Origin: Acidobacteriota bacterium
Lineage (GTDB): Bacteria > Acidobacteriota > UBA890 > WLXD01
Reading direction: 5' to 3'
Assembly (NCBI GenBank): GCA_965205505.1
Contig: CBDBHB010000007.1
Location: 544,001 to 608,000, forward strand
Length of the DNA stretch: 64,000 nt
Every line of letters begins with the position of its first letter. The first letter of the stretch is position 1. Both the position numbers and the translations under genes were made by a program. Below, one piece after another: positions 10,507 through 19,811 of the stretch. The notes beneath the pieces were generated by a model. That model was not told the origin of the DNA and searched no databases. It saw only the letters and a program-made list of their open reading frames with translations.

Positions 10507-10785
10507 CTAGCAGGCCGTGGTGGAAGTGTGGTGGGTCTGGTTACGGCGAGTTGGGGCCAGTTGCAAGGCGGCCTGACACAGGCGATGCCCTAGCCATCGT
10601 CCAGGAAGGCCAACGCCGCAAATGGCCCCAAATCGCCGTAACCCTTCGGGCGACAGGGGGTTGCGCGCGTATGCTGCGTCGTTCCTCGTCAACGATGGGG
10701 TTACCATCGCCTCCTCCTCTCTCCTCGCCTCCACTTCGCAAGACCCTGTCGCCAGACCCACCACACTTCCACCACGGCCTGCTAG
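10507..10785. mobile_element. MITE family A, complete copy (279 bp including CTAG)
   Basis: 34-bp perfect inverted ends CTAGCAGGCCGTGGTGGAAGTGTGGTGGGTCTGG; same-length inverted copy at 36570-36848. Confidence 0.9.
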
Positions 10786-10823
10786 GAGCCATCGCCCGAC
10801 GGGCCCGGTCGGGTACCAGCTTG

Positions 10824-10888
10824 CATACGCTACTCAGCGATGTGGTCAGTCGTCTGAAGCCTATCGTCGGAGCGCGCGCGGGTCCACG
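10824..10888 (-). repeat. ~65-bp intergenic motif, copy 1 (others 16363-16428, 39073-39141)
   Basis: Shared core CTGAAG(C/T)CTATCG...GG(A)TCCA(A)CG. Confidence 0.6.
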
Positions 10889-11041
10889 ACGCGCAAAACT
10901 ACGCGCGCTATGGGTACGTGTTGAGAGATGTCGGGCCAGTAGCGTAGGGTCTGGCGGACTCTCGCCACCGAACCAGGTCGGGAAGCGGCTGCGAACGTGG
11001 CCGCGATCCCCTCCGGGTGGCACCCCGACAGGAGATCCACG

Positions 11042-12042
11042 ATGCGCGATTCGCTTGGCCTCACGATCATCGCTGCAGTCGCCGCGATCGTCGCCGCCTG
11101 CGGCGCGCCCACCGATACCGTACCACCCACCGCGCAGATCGGCGATCTGCCGATGACCGGGTCGTTCACCCAAGGGCTCGCGCGCACGCTCACCGACAAC
11201 TCCTTCTCGACTGCCCGGGCGGCCGCATCGCCGCCGTCGGCACCGTCACTGCGCACGACGACACCACATGGATTGTTCCGGCGTCGACCGCGTTCCAGAC
11301 CGGCCCCAGGGCCGCGGACCTGTACAACGAGTGCGGCGGCACGATGCTGGCCAGCAGCGCCGAGATCGATCTCGAGGCGCTCCCGGTCACCGAGATCGAC
11401 CCCCACGGCGATGTGATCACCGTCTACGTCTTTGCCGACAACTATTTCGAGCTCTACGTCGCCGGTACGCTGGTCGCGGTCGACCCTGTCCCCTTCACGC
11501 CATTCAACTCGAACGTCGTGCGCTTTCGCGCCCAACGTCCGTTCGGCGTCGCCGTGCTGCTCGTCGATTGGGAGGAGAACCTCGGCCTGGGCTCCGAGCA
11601 GGGCCTGGGGTCGCCCTACCATCCGGGCGACGGAGGCTTCGTGGCACGCTTCGAGGATGACGCCGGGCACCCCATCGGCAAGACCTCGGCGGACTGGAAG
11701 GCGTTGACCCTGTACATCGCTCCGTTCGCCAACCCCGAATGCCTTGCCGTGCAGGGAATGCAGCGCCTCTCGCGCAACTGCCTCAGTGAAGTCACCGAAG
11801 GAGGAGACAATCTCTACGGTGTGCACTGGAATCTGCCCGAGGGGTGGACCCAGGAGAGCTTCGACGACCACGACTGGCCGGAGGCCAGGACGTTCACCAA
11901 CGAAACGGTCGGCGTCGACAATAAACCCGCCTACACCAACTTCCTCGACATCTGGGACGACCCGGAATTCGACCCGGTATTCATCTGGTCGGATAACCTC
12001 GTGCTGGACAACCTGGTCCTGGTGCGCGGCAGAATCGGCTAG
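11042..12042 (+). pseudogene. Putative lipoprotein of unknown function, frameshift near 11200
   Basis: Lipobox-like 'IVAAC' in one frame; protein-like body 'FADNYFELYV..VDPVPFTPFNS' in another. Confidence 0.6.
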
Positions 12043-12148
12043 TAGGCTGACCGGCGCTCTCCTATCGAACCGAATCCCCGCGAGAAGCCAATCCCCCAAA
12101 GAAGACGTGGCGCCAAGGGGACATGGCAGCAGGTCACACGGGGCGCGA

Positions 12149-12415
12149 ATGGAGGCGGCGCAGTTTCTGGTCGATCAGGAGATCGTCATGGTTGGCTCCG
12201 ATACTTGGGGAACAGAGGTGCTACCAAACCCTGATGCGTCATTGGCCTTTCCCGTGCACCAGTTGCTAATCGCGAAAAACGGTATCTACAACATGGAAAA
12301 CCTGGCGACTGAAGTGCTCGCCGACCGCCACACGAATGAATTCGTATTCGTGTACGCACCCCTTCCCCTGAAAGGGGCGCCAGGGTCACCGGGTAACCCC
12401 GTCGCTATTCGCTAG
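12149..12415 (+). pseudogene. C-terminal fragment of cyclase family (kynurenine formamidase-like) protein
   Basis: 'VGSDTWG.E', 'PVHQ.LI.KNGIY..ENL', 'PL.LKGA.GSP..PVAI'; N-terminal portion absent. Confidence 0.75.
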
Positions 12416-12512
12416 TTGATAGGAACGAAGACATGGACACTGCCATTCTTCTGGCACCCGATCTGAATACGGTGTTCTTCAAAACCGAGAATATCTGGAC
12501 TGGAGGAATCCG

Positions 12513-14738
12513 ATGCTGAGACGAGTACTGACGATGAGCGCGGTGACGTTGATCGTGTGTGCGTTCGCATTAACGACGCAGCTCCTTACCTCGCCGGTCC
12601 AGGCACAAGATGTGCCGGAACCGAAGGCCATGGCCACTGCGGCCAGCATGGTGCCGACGTACGAAGCGGTCTGTGCCGATTGTCATGACAATCAGAGCGA
12701 CGAGATGGCACCCACTCCGGAGGCGCTCAGACAGATGGACCCGGAGCAGGTGCTCATTGCCCTGATGGAAGGGCCCATGGTGGAGTTCACGTCCGAGTTC
12801 ACGGACGGCGAGCTACGGGCGATGGCAGAACTGGTCACCGGCAAGCCTCTCGGTAGCTCCGTCGACCGCACCATCTATCCTGCAAGGATGGTCGGTGCGT
12901 TCGAAAACGGGTGTGCAGTCTGCCACGACAACTCACCTGCCGGTCGCCCCGTTTCGGGCGGCACCGCTCCCGCCAACATGCCCTCACGGTTCGATATTCA
13001 GCAGATGGAACCCGACGAGCTCCTGGCAGTGTTGAACCGACCGATCGCGGCACATGACGAGAGCGATCGCTTCCGGATCTGGGACGACGAGGAGTACACG
13101 CGTGCCGTCATCGAGCTCGTAACCGGCAAGCCGTTCGGCGGCGTTGCCCACCGCGAGGCGTCGGCCATGCCGAACCAGTGTGCCGAGTCCCTGAACCTGG
13201 ACAACTGGGACAACCAGCCCAGTTGGAACGGTTGGGATCCCGAGCTCGGTGTGCATCGGTTCGCGTCGGAGGCGGTCGGCGGGATCACCGCCGAGGACCT
13301 CCCGCGGCTGAAGCTGAAGTGGGTTTTCGCGATCCCGGATGCCTCGGTAGCTAACTGGTCGCAACCCAGCGTGGTGGGCGGTGCGCTGTTCATAACGAGC
13401 GACAACTTCTTCGTGTATGCGCTCGACGCCAAGACCGGCTGCGTTCACTGGTCGTATCGCGCGCAGACGGCGGTCCGGGGAGCGGTCAAGGTCGGCCCGG
13501 TCGATGATGTACCGGGGGTCCGACATGGCGCGTACTTTGGCGACATGAGCGGGGTCGTGTACGGCGTGAACGCCGAGACGGGCGAAGAGATGTGGAGCCT
13601 GCGCGCCGACGACCACCCACAGGCGAAGATCACATCCGCAGTGAGGCTCGATTCCTCAGGCGAGCGCCTGTATGTGCCGGTCGCGTCGTGGGAAGAACAG
13701 CCTGGTTCCTACGTCGAGTACGAGTGCTGCACGTTCCAGGGCAGCGTCGTGGCCGTCGACGTGAAGACCGGGGAGAAGGTCTGGCAAACGTACTCTTTTC
13801 CAGAACGGCCTCGGCCACTCAACAAGACGAACTCGGCCGGCACGCCGCTGTTCGGACCAGCCGGCGCCGGTATCTGGAGCTCGCTCACGATCGACGAGAA
13901 ACGGCGCGCCATCTATGCGCCCACCGGGAACTGCAACATCACCGAGCACTTCGGTGTCGGCAACGTGACCTTCGACGGCGGCGCCTGCGGCTCGATACTG
14001 GCCATCGACATGGATACCGGCCGACGGTTGTGGATGACCAATCTTCGTCCTGCGGCCTCGGATCGAGACGAAGGTGGCTGCGGCCGAGGTCCCGAGCGTC
14101 TGGTCAATTGCCCTGGCTACGTTCAGGGCCCGGGCGACGACGTCAACCAGGCGATCCTGCTCGACCTGCCGAACGGCCGCAGAGTGCTGCTGGGTGTACA
14201 GGAGAGCGGCCGCATCACCGCTTTGGATCCTGACAACGACGGGGCAGTCCTCTGGGTCGCCCAGGCCGGCGACCAGCTTGCGCCTAACGGCGCAGGTTGG
14301 GGCGGGGCTTCCGACGGCGAGCTCTTCTATCGTCCACTGAACTACCGGGACGCGACCGGAGCCGTTGCGGCGTTGCGGGTGACGACGGGCGAGCGCGTCT
14401 GGTACACGGAACTGCCGGGGCTGGAGGACTGCGACCTGCCGGGTTGGAACTCTTGCTCCTCGGGTATGACGGCGGCGGCAACCGCAGTGCCCGGCGCGGT
14501 AATCACCGGCTCGAGCGAAGGGACACTCCGTGCGTATTCGAAGGCGGACGGCGGGATTCTCTGGGAATACACCACGGAGAGAAGCTACGAAGCCGTCAAC
14601 GAAATACCGGCATTCGGGGGCGCGATTGGTGCCACCTCCCCGACGATCGTCGATGGGATGATGTACCTGGGATCCGGGTACGCGCTTTTCGGCAATAGGC
14701 CGGGGAATGTGCTATTGGCCTTCGGGATAGACGACTAG
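12513..14738 (+). CDS. Quinohemoprotein PQQ dehydrogenase (PVA dehydrogenase-like) with two heme-c motifs
   Basis: Signal peptide; CADCH and CAVCH; 'LKLKWVFA', 'YECCTFQGSVVA', 'GAGIWSS', 'GNVLLAF'. Confidence 0.85.
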   Translation: MLRRVLTMSAVTLIVCAFALTTQLLTSPVQAQDVPEPKAMATAASMVPTYEAVCADCHDNQSDEMAPTPEALRQMDPEQVLIALMEGPMVEFTSEFTDGELRAMAELVTGKPLGSSVDRTIYPARMVGAFENGCAVCHDNSPAGRPVSGGTAPANMPSRFDIQQMEPDELLAVLNRPIAAHDESDRFRIWDDEEYTRAVIELVTGKPFGGVAHREASAMPNQCAESLNLDNWDNQPSWNGWDPELGVHRFASEAVGGITAEDLPRLKLKWVFAIPDASVANWSQPSVVGGALFITSDNFFVYALDAKTGCVHWSYRAQTAVRGAVKVGPVDDVPGVRHGAYFGDMSGVVYGVNAETGEEMWSLRADDHPQAKITSAVRLDSSGERLYVPVASWEEQPGSYVEYECCTFQGSVVAVDVKTGEKVWQTYSFPERPRPLNKTNSAGTPLFGPAGAGIWSSLTIDEKRRAIYAPTGNCNITEHFGVGNVTFDGGACGSILAIDMDTGRRLWMTNLRPAASDRDEGGCGRGPERLVNCPGYVQGPGDDVNQAILLDLPNGRRVLLGVQESGRITALDPDNDGAVLWVAQAGDQLAPNGAGWGGASDGELFYRPLNYRDATGAVAALRVTTGERVWYTELPGLEDCDLPGWNSCSSGMTAAATAVPGAVITGSSEGTLRAYSKADGGILWEYTTERSYEAVNEIPAFGGAIGATSPTIVDGMMYLGSGYALFGNRPGNVLLAFGIDD

Positions 14739-14970
14739 TGCGCTCTGAGACTCCTTCTTTTTCTCCTCCCGTCTGTTCTCTTTGTTGAAGTCCACAGGGG
14801 ACGCTCGATTCCCCGCTAGATATGTTTCGGCGCGCATCGCCGATATTGGCCATCGAGCCATTGCCGAGACGTTTCAGCCGAGTATGAGCCACCTGGAACA
14901 CGCCCACCTGCTGTGCGGTGACACCGATCGCGGGTATCCCGACGGTCATGGCGCCCCAGACGGCCTCGCG

Positions 14971-16308
14971 TTAGGAGACGACAATCAGCTCCGGTGCCAT
15001 CGTCGTGAGCGAGCGGCATCGACCCTTCTCGTAGACGTAGGTATCGATCAGCGCTGTGCTGCCGGTCGCGAAACTCTCGTAGTTGGTCACCTGGCGCTCT
15101 TGGAGGACCCAATCCAACCGATCCTCCTCGCCGACGGTAAATTCGAACCAACCGCACCAATCGGGGGGAAAGCTGATCCCCAGCTCATAGCCACCAAGCC
15201 AGCCAGGCATCTTGCCCTGCTGGCGCAGCTGCCAGGCACCGGTCTCCTTGTAGAACTCCCGCAAGGTCCGCGTCAGCTCGTTGAGCGGTAGGCCGGGCTT
15301 GGCGGTATCGTGAACAACGTTCATGGCCCGGCCGTTCATCTCGTAGAGATCCACCAGCTCCTGGGGTGGCTCACCGAGGAACAAGCCCCGGGAGGTATTG
15401 CAGTGGTAGCGATTCTTGACCCCACAGACATCGACGATGACGTGATCCCCCTGCTGGATTACGCGCTCGGATGCAATGCCGTGGATAAACTTGACGCCCC
15501 CTGCCTTGACGCAGCAGAGCAGGCCCGACATCCCTCCGCCGGCACGGGTCATGGCGCGCACCATCTCACCGTAGAGCTCTAGCTCTGTCACACCGGGCTG
15601 AAGGGCCTCTATGACTGCCTGCAGGCCGACGTCGGCAATCCGGCCCGCCTCCTCCACCACCTCGATCTCGGCCGGCGACTTGTGCACCTTGACCTCGACC
15701 ATGACGTCCGAAGCGTCGATGAGCTCGCAACCACGATCGCTGAACACCGCCTCGACCTGCTTCATGTGGAGGGGCCGCGGACGATAGCTGTTGTACTGCA
15801 GCCCGACCGTCCCGTTGAGCCACCCGGCTGCCTCCAGCTCCATGGCGTGACCCTCACAGGGGCGCTCACCACCGGGCCGGGGACGCCGGATATCCATGGC
15901 GGCGGAGGTCGCCGCCATGAGCTCATCGTGGGTGTCGAAGTGGATGAGGTTATCGTGGTCGACGTGTACGGCGGTGATCGAGCTCGGGCTCCAGTTTTTG
16001 GGACAGTTCTGCTGATACCAGCTCAGCTCCAGACCGTGCAGGTAGCACATGTCTTCGGGCATGGTGACGAACAACATGTCGATGTTGTCCTGCGCCATCC
16101 GATCCCGCACGCGGCGTAACCGCTCCTGATATTCAGCCTTGGAGAACGGCGGTGGCGGATGGGCACCGATCGTGGCTCCGGGCACCACCGTGCGGGGCGT
16201 CAAGCCGCCGCTCGGGGCCGCGTTCACCGTGCCAGAGGTGAGCATTCCCGCTGTTGTCGCTGCCGACGTTGCAAGAAAGGCGCGTCGATCGATCTGATGC
16301 TTGGCCAT
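14971..16308 (-). CDS. M24 (Xaa-Pro peptidase / creatinase / ectoine hydrolase-like) protein with Tat signal
   Basis: 'IDRRAFL'; 'EY..RL..VR..M', 'KSPAEI', 'GYELGISFPPDW'. Confidence 0.8.
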   Translation of the reverse strand: MAKHQIDRRAFLATSAATTAGMLTSGTVNAAPSGGLTPRTVVPGATIGAHPPPPFSKAEYQERLRRVRDRMAQDNIDMLFVTMPEDMCYLHGLELSWYQQNCPKNWSPSSITAVHVDHDNLIHFDTHDELMAATSAAMDIRRPRPGGERPCEGHAMELEAAGWLNGTVGLQYNSYRPRPLHMKQVEAVFSDRGCELIDASDVMVEVKVHKSPAEIEVVEEAGRIADVGLQAVIEALQPGVTELELYGEMVRAMTRAGGGMSGLLCCVKAGGVKFIHGIASERVIQQGDHVIVDVCGVKNRYHCNTSRGLFLGEPPQELVDLYEMNGRAMNVVHDTAKPGLPLNELTRTLREFYKETGAWQLRQQGKMPGWLGGYELGISFPPDWCGWFEFTVGEEDRLDWVLQERQVTNYESFATGSTALIDTYVYEKGRCRSLTTMAPELIVVS

Positions 16309-16362
16309 CTCGCCTCCGTGGGGTGGGGTGCATTGATCGTAGGGGCCTAGTGTGGTGCCGGG

Positions 16363-16428
16363 CCCATGGTGTTACCCAAGCAGGGTGAGCGCCTGAAGCC
16401 TATCGCCGATGCGCGCGGGGATCCAACG
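16363..16428 (-). repeat. ~65-bp intergenic motif, copy 2
   Basis: Aligns with 39073-39141 and 10824-10888. Confidence 0.6.
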
Positions 16429-16437
16429 GAGAAGGAC

Positions 16438-16730
16438 CACCGCGCTGCGCTGGCGTCAGGATGTCCTGGCCCGTTCGAGCGTGGGGGCCATCGTCACCGA
16501 CGTCGAGAGGCATGACGGTACCCGCAACACGGTTGTCGGCGCTGACGCCAGCTGCACGTTCATCGACCATCTCAACATCTCGGCCCTCGGTGCTCGTGCC
16601 ACCGACGATGAGTTGGAGGAGGGCAAGTTCGCCGGCCAGCTCCGCGTCGGGTGGGAAACCGAGGAGTTCAGAGCGATCTTCGATGTCTTGCGCATCGACA
16701 GCTTCACCAGCAACGTGCTCAACGCGCGCG
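16438..16730 (+). pseudogene. Internally deleted remnant of a DUF5916-like gene
   Basis: 'TALRWRQDVLARSSVGA...LRID' joined to 'SFTSNVLNAR'; both match separate parts of the protein at 58480-60348. Confidence 0.85.
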
Positions 16731-16755
16731 CCATTGTCTTCGGGCCCATCGCGCG

Positions 16756-17154
16756 TCAGACTTGCCAGTTCTCTGCCCGCAGGCCGATGATTCGCGAGAA
16801 CTCGCGGACGTTGGCGGTCACCAGCACGCATTCGTGCGCGAGGGCGATGGACGCGATGAGCAGATCGTTGGCGCCGATCGGCTCTCCGCGGGCGGCGAGA
16901 TCGTGTCGGATCGTGCCGTAATCGGACGCGGCGTCGTCGTCGAACGGCAGCGAGCGGAAGGTCGCGAAGAATTCGTCGAGCAGGCGGAGGTTCTCGTTGA
17001 CTCGGCTGCTGCGCCGCGCCCCGAAGAGGAGCTCGGCCTTGACCACCGAGCACAGACAGATCTCCGACGGATGGTGGCGCCGCAGCGCATCGATCAGCGC
17101 CGGCGAGGTGCCGTTGAGAACCGCGATGCACGCGTTGGTGTCAAGCAGGTGCAT
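16756..17154 (-). CDS. vapC: PIN-domain toxin
   Basis: 'LLDTN', 'G.PIGANDLLIASIA', 'LVTAN.REF'. Confidence 0.92.
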   Translation of the reverse strand: MHLLDTNACIAVLNGTSPALIDALRRHHPSEICLCSVVKAELLFGARRSSRVNENLRLLDEFFATFRSLPFDDDAASDYGTIRHDLAARGEPIGANDLLIASIALAHECVLVTANVREFSRIIGLRAENWQV

Positions 17155-17382
17155 CTACTCGAGGGACTCGCGGGATTCGAGCTCGGGCTGCGCCGCGCGC
17201 GCCAGCGGCTCGCCGTACCATGCCCCCGTAACCCGCGAGAAGAACTCCCCGGGCCAGTCATCCGCGACCTCGCGTTTGACCAGCTCGGCGAGGTAGGCCG
17301 AGACCGTCTTGCCCCTCGCCTCGGCGCGACGCTTGACCTCGCGGGCTACTTCTCGTGGCACGTACAGGTGCATCTGCGGCAT
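17155..17382 (-). CDS. vapB: Antitoxin (ribbon-helix-helix-like)
   Basis: 75 aa directly upstream of the PIN gene; 'MPQMHLYVP...A...GKTVSAYL'. Confidence 0.8.
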   Translation of the reverse strand: MPQMHLYVPREVAREVKRRAEARGKTVSAYLAELVKREVADDWPGEFFSRVTGAWYGEPLARAAQPELESRESLE

Positions 17383-17642
17383 CGACCTTCCCCCTCTCCG
17401 AGATGGCCACGCCGGACCGTTCTTCACGGTTCAGCTTCGGATTCGGTCATTTTGTACAAATCTATTCTACCACATACACTCCGCGAGAGCCCCTTTGACC
17501 GGCTCCCCGAAAACTGAGCCGGTGCGAGTGTGAGTTTCACAAGCTGCTGTCCGCTTTCGCCGTGGCGCTGTGTGTCGTCCACCGCTATGGTCCTACGGTG
17601 AAGGTGAGAAGTCCGCAACTCTTCGGGACGATGAGGTGGACC

Positions 17643-19778
17643 ATGTCGTCAGCGAGATCAACGGTTGACCCGCAACCTCGTAGTGACGCCCCCGGGGCAG
17701 CTCCGATCCACGGCACCATCCGCCGCTGCTTCAGCGGGCTGACGCTAGCCGCGTGCCTGCTGGTCAGCTCGGCCACGGTCGTGCCATCGGCAGCAGGGTC
17801 GAGAGGTCCGTACGGCTTGCGCACCGAGAAGGTGTGGATTCCGATGCCGGACGGCGTGCGGCTTTCCGCCACGCTGTACATGCCCGACGGGGGAGCGCCC
17901 GGGGAGAAGTTCTCGGCCGTGCTGAACTACCACCCCTATCGCAAGGACGACGGCAGCGGCAGGTCGAGCACCGACGCCTACTTTGCATCGCACGGCTTGG
18001 TGGGAGCGGTCGTCGACATTCGTGGCACCGGCAGCAGCGAGGGCAAGGCCATCGAGCACGAGTACTCGGACATCGAGCAGCGCGACGGCCTGGAGATCAT
18101 CGACTGGCTGTCCAAGCAACCTTGGTCGACGGGCAACGTCGGCATGCGGGGGCTATCGTGGAGCGGCTTCAACTCTATCCACATGGCGATGCGCAAGCCG
18201 CCGGCGCTTAAGGCCATCGTGCCGAACATGGCCAGCGACGACCTCTTCTACGACGACGTGCACTACTGGGACGGCATGGTGCACCACTCCACATGGGAGC
18301 AGGGCTTCGACGTCAGCATCGCGAGAAGCCGTACGCCCGATTTTCCGACCGACGAGGAGACGTTGGCGCAGCGCTTTGACTCGCCGCCGCCGACGCTCTT
18401 CTACATCGACAAGCAACGTGACAACCCCTACTGGGACGGCCGCTCGCTGAACACCGACTACAGCGCCGTCGACATCCCGACGATGATGATCGGCGGCTGG
18501 TACGACGGCTACCGGGACAGCCTGTTCCGCATGCTCGAGCACATGGACGTGCCGGTCAAAGCGATCGTCGGCCCCTGGACTCACACCTCGCCACAATCGG
18601 CTAGCCCCGGCCCGAGGATCGAGGGGCGCCACGAGATGGTGCGCTTCTTCGATCACTGGCTCAACGGCAAGGACACCGGGCTCATGGACGAGCCGCCCCT
18701 GTCGGTGTACGTACGCAACTGGTATGCGCCGCCGGGAACCGACCTGGAGGAGGTCCCCGGACAGTGGCGGATGGAAGAGTGGCCTCTGCCGCGCGCCGAG
18801 CCGCGACCGCTGTATCTGACCGACTCCGGCGAGCTGGCCGACGTGGCGCCGAGCCCAGGGCACCACGAGCTCGAGTACCGTCCGTCGATGGGCGCGGAGT
18901 TCGGGTCCCGCTGGTGGGGCAACTTCACGCCCGATCAGCGCGCGGTCGATGCGGCGGGAAGCCTCGTCTACGAGTCGGCCCCGCTCACCGAGGACCTCGA
19001 GATCCTCGGGTTTCCCATGGCGATGCTGCACGCCTCCGCATCGGCACCGCTGGCCAACTGGTTCGGACGACTGACCGACGTGGCGCCGGACGGCAGCGTG
19101 ACGCTGGTCACCGGCGGTGGCCTGAGCGGCGCGCGACGCGATCCGTCTACGGAACCGACGGCGCTGGAGCCCGGCAAGGTGTACCCACTGGAGCTGGAGC
19201 TACACGTGACCTCCTGGGTGTTCCCCAAGGGCCACAAGATCCGGCTGGCGATCTCCAACGCGTTCTTCCCGCTCAACTGGCCGACGCCGTATCCGATGAC
19301 CACGTCGCTGTATTTTGGCGGCGATCGGATTTCCAAGCTCGTGCTTCCCACGGTGCCCTACGAGGCCCGCCCGAAGCCCGAGTTTCTCCCGGTGCAACCG
19401 AATCCACCGTCCGAGAACGTGAGGTACTTGCCGGGCTCGTCTTCACGGAAGGTCGACCGCGACGAGGAGAGTGGACGGACACGTATCTCGGTGCGCAGCA
19501 CCAGCGCCGGCGACTACCCGTGGGGAAGGCGAGCTTCGGACCAGAACCTGATCTACGACATCGACGACGATCGGCCCGAGGCGGCGGAGCTACACAGCGA
19601 CAACAGCATCACGTTGATCCTGGAAGGTGGATCACGCGTGCTCGTGTATCGCGGCTGGATGGACTTCGAGGGCGACCACGACAACTTCTACTATCGCTAC
19701 CGCCGCACGCTGCTCGAGAACGGCATTCAGATCCGCGAGAAGCAGTGGGAGAAGACCGTCCCCCGGGACCACCACTAG
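17643..19778 (+). CDS. CocE/NonD family hydrolase, exported
   Basis: 'IPMPDGVRLSA', 'PYRK', 'RGTGSSEG', 'GLSWSG', 'GGWYD', 'GPWTH'; start approximate. Confidence 0.9.
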   Translation: MSSARSTVDPQPRSDAPGAAPIHGTIRRCFSGLTLAACLLVSSATVVPSAAGSRGPYGLRTEKVWIPMPDGVRLSATLYMPDGGAPGEKFSAVLNYHPYRKDDGSGRSSTDAYFASHGLVGAVVDIRGTGSSEGKAIEHEYSDIEQRDGLEIIDWLSKQPWSTGNVGMRGLSWSGFNSIHMAMRKPPALKAIVPNMASDDLFYDDVHYWDGMVHHSTWEQGFDVSIARSRTPDFPTDEETLAQRFDSPPPTLFYIDKQRDNPYWDGRSLNTDYSAVDIPTMMIGGWYDGYRDSLFRMLEHMDVPVKAIVGPWTHTSPQSASPGPRIEGRHEMVRFFDHWLNGKDTGLMDEPPLSVYVRNWYAPPGTDLEEVPGQWRMEEWPLPRAEPRPLYLTDSGELADVAPSPGHHELEYRPSMGAEFGSRWWGNFTPDQRAVDAAGSLVYESAPLTEDLEILGFPMAMLHASASAPLANWFGRLTDVAPDGSVTLVTGGGLSGARRDPSTEPTALEPGKVYPLELELHVTSWVFPKGHKIRLAISNAFFPLNWPTPYPMTTSLYFGGDRISKLVLPTVPYEARPKPEFLPVQPNPPSENVRYLPGSSSRKVDRDEESGRTRISVRSTSAGDYPWGRRASDQNLIYDIDDDRPEAAELHSDNSITLILEGGSRVLVYRGWMDFEGDHDNFYYRYRRTLLENGIQIREKQWEKTVPRDHH

Positions 19779-19810
19779 CAGGCCGTAGTGAAAGTGTAGT
19801 GGGTCTGGTT
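19775..19810. mobile_element. Solo end of MITE family A
   Basis: CTAGCAGGCCGTAGTGAAAGTGTAGTGGGTCTGG; its TAG is the CocE stop codon. Confidence 0.8.
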
Positions 19811-19811
19811 G

